A stretch of DNA of 64,000 nucleotides, taken from positions 305,846,001-305,910,000 of the forward strand of contig OZ024742.1 of the NCBI GenBank assembly GCA_964016885.1, written 5' to 3'. Shown piece by piece: positions 55,777-64,000 of this stretch (the stretch's first letter is position 1; each line of letters starts with the position of its first letter). This DNA is from Eledone cirrhosa (Eukaryota). The position numbers and the translations under genes are program-made. The notes below the pieces were generated by a model, which did not search any database, was not told the origin of the DNA, and saw nothing but the letters and a program-made list of their open reading frames with translations.

Positions 55777-56950
55777 TATTGGAAGATGATTCTATTAGTA
55801 GAAATGGGGGAGGGAGTTGTGGGTGTGGGGGTTGTTATGTGTGTGTATGGGTGTTATGTGTGTGGAAGTATGGTTAGCAAGTCAAGATGAAGAGAATATA
55901 TATATATATTGTGTGTGTGTGTGTAGGAAAATGATTCCTTTAGTAGGAATATTTTTGAATGAACATATTTTCCTTACTTAATCGTATTTGTTCTGTGGTA
56001 TTGTCAGTGCAAACGTATGTTAAGGTTTATTTAGTTCGGGTTTTTATTTTCTAAAGTAGGTGTTATGTGTGTGTGTGTGTATGTCATATTATGGTGTTGA
56101 CATAATGTATATTAAACCATATTTAATGCTGGTCTATATTTTTGAATAAACATATTTTCCTTATTTATTCGTGTTTGTTCTGTTGTATTGTTAACGCAAA
56201 GTTAAAATGGGAAGACTTGGAATGTGGGTGTCTTATTACTTGCGCAAATGTCTAGATGTGCACTTAGTGGTATCTGTCTCGAGGTTGGATCTCGTAATTG
56301 TTGGCGATGAACTGTCATTCTGTTTCTGAGTGTGAGTTTAGTTTGTCCTATATAATCTTCATTGCATCCTTTACATTTAATGGCATAAATTAGATTTTTT
56401 GATGAGCAAGTGAAGTAATTTTTTACAGTAAAAGTTTGTCCTGATTTAAATGTATACGTGTTGCCTTCAATGGGGTGAGTGCAGGTTCCACAATTAGAGC
56501 GACCACATTTTTTGATACTTGGTTGTTGGTTTGTGGTAGGTAATTTGGCATTGGTGTGTAATGTTTTCAGTGATTTTGGTTGTCTTTTGCTTTTGATTAT
56601 TTTGTGTGTTTCAAGGGCTTTTTTCATTCTTGGGTTTCATTTTAGTAGTGGGATGTTCTTGTGAATAGTGTTGTAAGCTTCCGCATTTCTTGGGTTGTGT
56701 GTTGAGATATATGATAGAATATTGGACGTACCTTGAATTTGTTTCTGTTTCCGTAATTCATCAGTGCCTATTGCTTTAGCCCTTTCTATTCCATTATTTA
56801 TTAGTAATAGTGGGTACTCTCTCTCGAGTAGAATTTCCTTTAATTCTTGAAGTCTTTTATTTCGCGTTTCATAATTGGAGACAATTGTGCAAATTCTTCT
56901 TGCTAGGTTAAAAGAAATGTTCGTCTTCGTGTGCATTGGATGGTTGGAGG

Positions 56951-56952
<2 letters not shown>
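54685..56952 (-). mobile_element. Neptune-type Penelope-like element, 5'-truncated (thumb, Cys-rich linker, GIY-YIG, long 3' UTR with an internal ~360-bp duplication)
   Basis: SNHPMHTKTNISFNLARRICTI..EYP..; KCGRSNCGTC; NLIYAIKCKGCNEDYIGQTKLTLRNRMTVH; premature stops; (TA)n at both ends. Confidence 0.9.
54821..54858 (-). ncRNA. Hammerhead ribozyme with U3-A8 core variant
   Basis: Minus strand: CCTT-TTGAAAA-GCAG aagaa CTGC-GAAAC CG GTA-AAGG. Confidence 0.75.
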
Positions 56953-57013
<61 letters not shown>

Positions 57014-57017
<4 letters not shown>

Positions 57018-57322
57018 ATACTTTGGGAGGGTCATGTTGCCAATAAGAAACACACGCACCAGTTGCTTTCACTTCAATTTATTATATATTTATAAATTTA
57101 TAAATTTATAAATTTCTGGTTGGTTGGTTGGTTCCACAACCAGATAGTTGTTTATATATAGTCATAGTTCTTTCGTCACACTCTCTGTGACCTCTTCAGT
57201 GACTGGGGATTCCTTTCTTTGTTTCTGTGCCTCTCCTTTGTTCTGTCCTACGCCATTTTGTTTCTGTGTTCACACAGTGCGTGTGTTTCTTATTGTCAAC
57301 ATGACCCTCCCAAAGCATAACA
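57014..57322. mobile_element. Short element with ~46-bp terminal inverted repeats in (TA)n
   Basis: tgttatactttgggagggtcatgttgccaataagaaacacacgcac versus gtgcgtgtgtttcttattgtcaacatgaccctcccaaagcataaca. Confidence 0.75.
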
Positions 57323-57364
<42 letters not shown>

Positions 57365-57859
57365 CTCGTCCCATGGACTGAGTGCTCTACCACTACGGAT
57401 ATTACCTTCCAGTGTTCTACCTCTCTCTCTATATATATATATGCATTCATATGTATGAGCTTGTGTCTAATAATTTATTTATACATGTTTCCATACGTTG
57501 TATATGCGTAGTATATGTGTACATGTTTGCAAATTGGTGATTTCTGACATTTATGTATCAATATGAGACAGAAAGAAAACTTCTGCTCCTGTCAACGCGA
57601 AAGTTATTGTAGCAAAACTCATCCATATTACATAATCTTCCAATCGTCTTACAGTTGTCCATTTCTTCCTTCTTATTTGTCATTTTTCTTTGTTTATTTG
57701 CTTTCTTATAATCCATTGTTCACTATTTTTCTTCTGTATATTTTGTTTTCTTTTTATATTATATTTATATTTCTATTTGTTATTCTTGTTGTCTGTGCAT
57801 TTTTTTTTTGTTCTTTTGTATATAATTTGCCCTCCTTCGAAGACCCTTCACCTCTTCCT

Positions 57860-57934
<75 letters not shown>

Positions 57935-58620
57935 ATGCTGCTGCTGCTGATGATGATGATGGTGATGATGATGATGTTGATGCTGCTACTGGTGTCAACA
58001 TTACCGCTATTGCAGCTAGCAACTTTATTATCTAATGTCATCTAGTGCAAATAGTGGTGAATGTCAGAAACATGTCAACCAGTAACATACGGACCACAGC
58101 GATTACAGACGCTGTCATCACTACAACTAACACTGGCACCACCACCTCAAAGATCACAACCATCAACAACAACTACCTTACCACCATAAACACTACAACG
58201 AAGAGGACGACAACGAGTAATAGCACCTCTCCTGCACCTCTCTGCCGCATATGTATATATAGGTGCACACAAGTGTAGAATCTAGTAGATGTGTAGCATG
58301 CCCAGGTAGCACATTACCTCGCAGAGAATTCAATTTAATAGGGATACTAATAAATCTTTAGGATTTGAATACTAAAGTGACGTTTGAATTCAGAACGCAG
58401 CAAATTATGGGAGGAGATACCAAACGACAGCTCTTTCGAGGCTTTAACAATTTGGGAGTACAATGTTTTGGATTGGTACTTTATTTATAGACAACCGACA
58501 AGAAAGCAGGATTTAAAATAACATAAACCATGCAATCCAGGGTTATTTAGACGCTGCAAATCACCTGAAACATACATACATACATACATACATACATACA
58601 TACATACATACATACATACA

Positions 58621-59230
58621 TGGTGGCTGCCAACTCGTTTTCGAGTACGGCCACTACTTTATATCCATGTAGGAGAACCCCTACGATGCGCTGAACGAGT
58701 GTGACTTTTTAGTCCAGCCAGCGACTTGAAAACTCTGGTACAAACACTACACTTGTGACAATTATTGACACATAGTGCTGTGCCCATGGTACCATGTGAC
58801 GACAAGTGCAGAGAGATCTCCAGATATAAAGCAATGCCTGTGCCGTGAAGCTTTTATAGTGAGCAAAGGCACTGCACAAAGCCAGTCCCACTCTCTTAAC
58901 CAAGATGATATTTACCAAAACAAAGAACAAGTCAACATCATTGGATACCATCAGGGTTGCAGGTGTTATATCAGAGTTTTCCTTCTCCTATAATTCTTGC
59001 TTGACAAAGGCGAAGGGGTCATCTCTCCCAGTTATTTTGGATGGCCATTGACTCTTAAGAGCTCCTTTGCCTTTTGACAGGTTTTGTTTTTAGTCCTGCA
59101 GGATGTCCAAAGTCACCCTCCTCACCAAGAAACCTTGGTGGGGTTGCCAGTTTAGTCGCCAACGACCCGACCATGAGACAGGTTGTACTGAAATACATGT
59201 TACCAGTAGCACCAAGTGGTGACCTGACAT
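58621..59230 (-). mobile_element. RTE-derived non-autonomous retroposon in (TACA)n
   Basis: Near-identical to 44061-44671. Confidence 0.85.
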
Positions 59231-59280
59231 AATACATACATACATACATACATACATACATACATACATACATACATACA

Positions 59281-59310
<30 letters not shown>

Positions 59311-59311
<1 letters not shown>

Positions 59312-59722
59312 TAAAGCACAACCGACCTGGTATTATTTTTGGGGGACCTCATATTAAAAACGTGCTCTGTTGTAGAGATCAGCTGTCCACTTGATCTCAA
59401 CGTTGTAAGAAAAATAATAGAGAAGGAGGATATCTACGGATCTTTGATGAGGAGTTTACAGATACAGTATCCATCATACCCATTATTATTGGATCTACAA
59501 GTTATATACCAACCCGCTTGGGCCAAAGTATAACTGAACTTGGATTTATGGACAAAGAACGCAGCTATCTAATACATAGATTGCAAATGGCTGCAATAGC
59601 TGGCACCTTCAAAATTTGCAAAACATTCTTGCGATTCAAGGGATGACAATTTCTTTTCTTTTACAACCTTGCCACGAGGAAGGTGACTGGTCAAAAATGT
59701 ATTCGAAATTAAGAGAAAAAGA
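59311..59722 (+). mobile_element. 3' fragment of a restriction-like-endonuclease LINE (R4/Dong-like) in (TACA)n
   Basis: KHNRP..KTCSVVEISCPLDLNVVRKIIEKEDIYG..PIIIGSTSYIP..KICKTFL* (RLE-type motif with frameshifts). Confidence 0.7.
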
Positions 59723-60171
59723 AACATACATATATACATACATACATATAGCTACCTTCATACATACATACATATATTAGTGCAAATATGTAAGTTCACG
59801 TTCTTGCATGTATGTATGCATGTATGTGTGTATATCCTAGTCCCATTAGAGGAAAATATATTCATAATTGTGATTCCTGTATTATAGCTATTTTCCTAAC
59901 AGCGGCTATAACATCGATATTATACACATATACGTACACATACATACATAAGCTCCCAGATCATATGCTCACGTATATTGAGGCATAGAGAATTATATAA
60001 TATATATTAAGTACTAATTCACCCAACAGACCCGCACATACCCACAAATACATTCAGTTATTGATATACATATTTAAAATATTACAAACTCCGTGCCCTC
60101 CCATATGCATAGAAGCAGACGCAAAGACACACATTCACACATACATCATACATATTTGCATGTATACATAC

Positions 60172-62167
60172 TAGAGTGTGCCATAAAAAGTAAGGTCACA
60201 ATACTAACGCTCCCTGTGTATTCTCCCATTATAAATGCCCCAATTGGTAAAATAAAACATTGCCTATATCATGGTGATTATAGTGGAAAGTGTGATTATG
60301 TTGCATGAAATCATGAAAATGTGAAACCAAATATGACCATACAATAATTGTTTATTCTATTAATCCATTATATTTAGTAAACCAGCTTTGAATATAAAGG
60401 CGTACAAGGAAGAAACAAGTTCAGTTAAGTTAACTCCAGTCATACTTTTTTCAGAGTTTCTTTTTCGAAATCCGGGACCTTGCGACGATGTGCTTCGACT
60501 ACTTGAAGAAAACACTGCTTCTCCTTCTCGTTCTTGGTGATGGCAACAAAATCAGTTATCAACTTGACTGCTCTCTCCGCCAGATCGTTGACTACCTTGA
60601 TATTGTGAACAACAGCACAGGCATTTTGATATGACGCTTGTGATGACCAAGTTGCAGGTGACAGCTCAAGTCAAGTATCGTCGAGACCAAGGAGATCGAA
60701 CAGAAGCCTTGATTTCTTCCCAACTAGACGAGGCAGCTTCGTGGACGACTTCAACTCGTGAAATACTGGAGCACCACGGTCGAGAGGCCCAGATGTTTTC
60801 TTTTTGACAAGACGTTTGGCTATTTGTTTCTTCTCGGACTCTTGGACCCGACTTGAAAACAGCGCTAGCGGAATGGCTTCCTCCGTCAGGTACCCAAGAT
60901 GCCTGCTCAGAGCAGTAGTGGCTGCCTGCGATAGATCTCTGTCAACCTTACTGTACTGTGTCAACTCCACGTAGAATTGAAGGTCATTGGATGGTGCATC
61001 AGTACACTTGACTGCTGTCAGCCAGTATCGCACGTAGAACAGAGCATTGAACATACAGATCCGGCGCAACTTTTCCATTTTAGCTTGATCGTAATTGAGT
61101 CGCTCACCAAATACATACATCTTTGCACTATAGATGATTGTGGACATCCACCGAGCATTATGATGTGGACCAGGCAGCATCCAATGAATTCAACGAGGAC
61201 GGGTGACACCAAGCAAGATCAACATCAACTCGGCACATTCTCGGTAGACATCCCGTAGAAGTGAACTCATTTCCCCATCGTCGGATGTCAGCAAATCTTG
61301 GGGGAACTTGATGTTCTCAGAACACAGATGCTTCAGTCTCCGGTCGACAATGTTCAATGTTTTAAAGTTGATCTTGTCCGTGAGTGACACCCAATCTTTT
61401 TTGAACTGCTTGAACACTGGGGGTGTCTGGACTGGACATTGCTCCGAATAGTTGTTGCCACACTGCACACAAGATACGCTCCATGAATGGTGCCGACAAG
61501 CAAAATAAAACATCTTTTTGTTGAGCATCTCTTCTAGTTTCACACAGGTACTATTTCTCCATCCAGAACTCGAAGCAGTTGTGTCGAAGACCAAGCCCAC
61601 CACAGACCCATCAACATTCCAATCTTTAACAAGATCAAATGATGCTTTGGCCTGGGTGGTTCCAGTGCCATCAGGAATTATGGGAACACCGAGGAGTTTA
61701 CCTTCTCTGAAGTCCGGAGTGCCAGCAACTAGCACACCTAGCCTCTCGTGGTCACCAGGAATTATTTTGCCATCCCAATGCAAGGTAACAAAGTCTGGTA
61801 CAGCAAATTGTTCCTTTATGTGTTCAGTCCCCAGAGTTCTGATCTTTTCATGTTTTTCATAGGACCCTCTTTCAGATAGAAGAAATATCTTAGAACATCC
61901 CCCTCTGTTGGTATTTATTTTAGTGAAAAGGAAGTAAAATATTGCCCCAGGAGCCATATTTCTAGATCATCACAACGGAGCTACAACTAGGCCCACTGGT
62001 TTCCGCCATTATTCTGCCAATTTGCAACGATTAGGCAATGCGTACATTAGTCTGAAATAATCAAAATAACATTATAAATTGATAATATACAAAATTGCAT
62101 GAGATAATGCATAGGGAGCTAAGAAAAAAAGACTTTTGTGTAAAATGTGGGATTCTGGAACACCCTA
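60172..62167 (-). mobile_element. hATm-like DNA transposon with a frameshifted transposase (~60400-61860)
   Basis: LHWDGK, FDTTASSSG, ACRHH, HNARWM, GYLTEE and NDLAERAVKL motifs. Imperfect TIRs TAGAGTGTGCCATAA / TAGGGTGTTCCAGAA. Flanks atacatac / atagacac are a possible decayed 8-bp TSD. Confidence 0.75.
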
Positions 62168-63634
62168 ATAGACACACGCATACAACCAAATGCTATAAGG
62201 AACATACGTATTGAGAGATATTCGTTTAAAATATGCAGAATCTCGGTAAGATAATAGTAAAACTGCACATACAGGGTGACAAAATATAATGTATACACAC
62301 TTTGATTACCTGTACAGGCAATATTTATTAGAATGCTGTTGAAGTATGTATACAAATAAGTAAGTGACATAGTCACTACTTTAAAACTTATAGCGACTGG
62401 TCTTCTAAATGTTTTTAATTAAACATACAGTATATTGCCAAATATACTAGACATACATTACATCATCTGTGATTTTAAGGTACTGATTGAGTCCAAAGGT
62501 TGACATTTTCCATGACAGCTCACACTTGATCATTCCTCTACCATCGTTTTGTCTAGGGGGATAAAGGGGATCTACAACACAAAACGACAATTGTAATTAA
62601 ATTAAATATAAGCCATAATCCATTTCTTTGTTAATATAGTTAATACATTAAGACAATTAATGCTTTTCTGCGCGACTTAAGGCTCACCTTGTATTATAAT
62701 AGGTTGGCTCCTTCTTCTTCTTCTTCTTCTTCTTCTTCTTCTTCTTCTTCTTCTTCTTCTTCTTCTCCTCCTCCTCCTCCTCCTCCTCCTCCTTTGCCCA
62801 CTTATTCCTGAGAGGGGGGGGGGTCATGTGGTAAGAATCCTCAAACACTCCTTCCAGTGGGTTCTGTCAAAAGCAACCGTCTCCAAAGATACTGTCATGC
62901 CTCAGGGAAGATTTATCTTTGACAAGAGAACTGACCTTATTTGCAAGTATTTTAACCAAGTCCCAGTGTTTCTCTTTTTCTGCCATACGTCTAGATCGCC
63001 CTCTCAGTTTCTCTATGATTATACCTTAAAAATAATAAATATTGATTCTACCGTAGGAATAAGATCTCATCATTTATTGGGTTAGGGGTATAATCTATTA
63101 TTTCGTGCCAAATATTTCACTGATATTCTACATAAACAGAAAGAAAGGAAGAGATTATGATGCTGTCAAAATGTCACATTGCGAAAATCTAGTTAACAAA
63201 ATGGCCATTGATGCAGCAGTTGTTAAACCTTCTAAGCCTCTCGCAATAAACAAAGCCAAAGACGAGAGAAAATAACATTTGCTTCATTTATAAAAAACTT
63301 CCATATTAGCTAAAGCTAATAGATGTGCTGGAGTAGAAAAAAAGGTGTCAAGTTGGCAGGAAACAAATCTAAGAGACATCTAGGAAGAAAATATGGGTAC
63401 TGTGATAACCAAAAGCATTGCAAATATATAGGAAAGGTCTACTTTATGGGGAAGTGAGGGAGTTTCTTGTTGAGGCTGGCTCCCTAACACCAAACAAAAA
63501 TGTTATGAAGTGGTAAGAAACCAGGTATGGGTTAAGAACAGTTTTGATAAAAATGCTTGCCCAGAAGAGATTTAAGAAGTAAGATAATCAGGTAACTGGC
63601 TATAGATCACTTAATATAGTAACTAATTCACATG

Positions 63635-63880
63635 CCTTAATGGTTAGATCGTTGGGCTTACAATCGAGAGGTTGTGAGTTCGATTCTCGGACCGGCCTTT
63701 GCGTTGTGTTCTTGAGCAAGACACTTTATTGCACATTGCTTCAGTTCACACAGCTATAAAAATGAGTTGTGACGTCACTGGTCCCAAGCTCTATCGGTCT
63801 TTGTCTACAACATTGGTGACGTGGAGAGCGGATAACGGTATGCATGGGCGACTGCTGGTCTTCCACAAACTGTGTCTGGA
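63635..63880 (+). mobile_element. tRNA-derived CORE-like SINE (related copy at 38585-38700)
   Basis: tggttag head, B box GAGTTCGATTCTC, then gtgttcttgagcaagacactttatt. Confidence 0.75.
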
Positions 63881-64000
63881 AAGAAGTTCTACAGTAATGT
63901 CTAACAGCTATCACTCTCTTTTAATTGAAATGCATTTCAGTTTCGTTTTAATTGCTAGAAAAGGGACACTACAAAAACCCAAGAAGTCTACAGCAAAACA

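Noticed and set aside
63635-63715. Possible tRNA gene
   Set aside because: No clean cloverleaf, and it continues into a SINE body.

Overview
AT-rich, microsatellite-dense eukaryotic DNA. Its SINE families look like those of Octopus or another coleoid cephalopod (inference). The only host coding sequence I can support is the last coding exon of a NOL4/NOL4L-family gene (3600-3760, +). The rest is repeat-dominated: tRNA-derived SINEs, fragments of RTE, L1/Tx1 and R4/Dong-like LINEs, hAT (Buster-like and hATm-like) relics, a mariner-type MITE, minisatellites and two Penelope-like element (PLE) relics. The main signal is a dense set of short elements inserted in (TA)n tracts that carry minimal type I hammerhead ribozymes (HHRs): about six intact-looking cores plus several decayed ones. 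These include a 473-nt retrozyme-like unit that starts at its own cleavage site, a U3-A8 core-variant family tied to a Neptune-type PLE, and many long fold-back hairpins whose apex falls on the hammerhead. All calls come from reading the sequence by eye; no searches or folding programs were run, and repeat boundaries are approximate.
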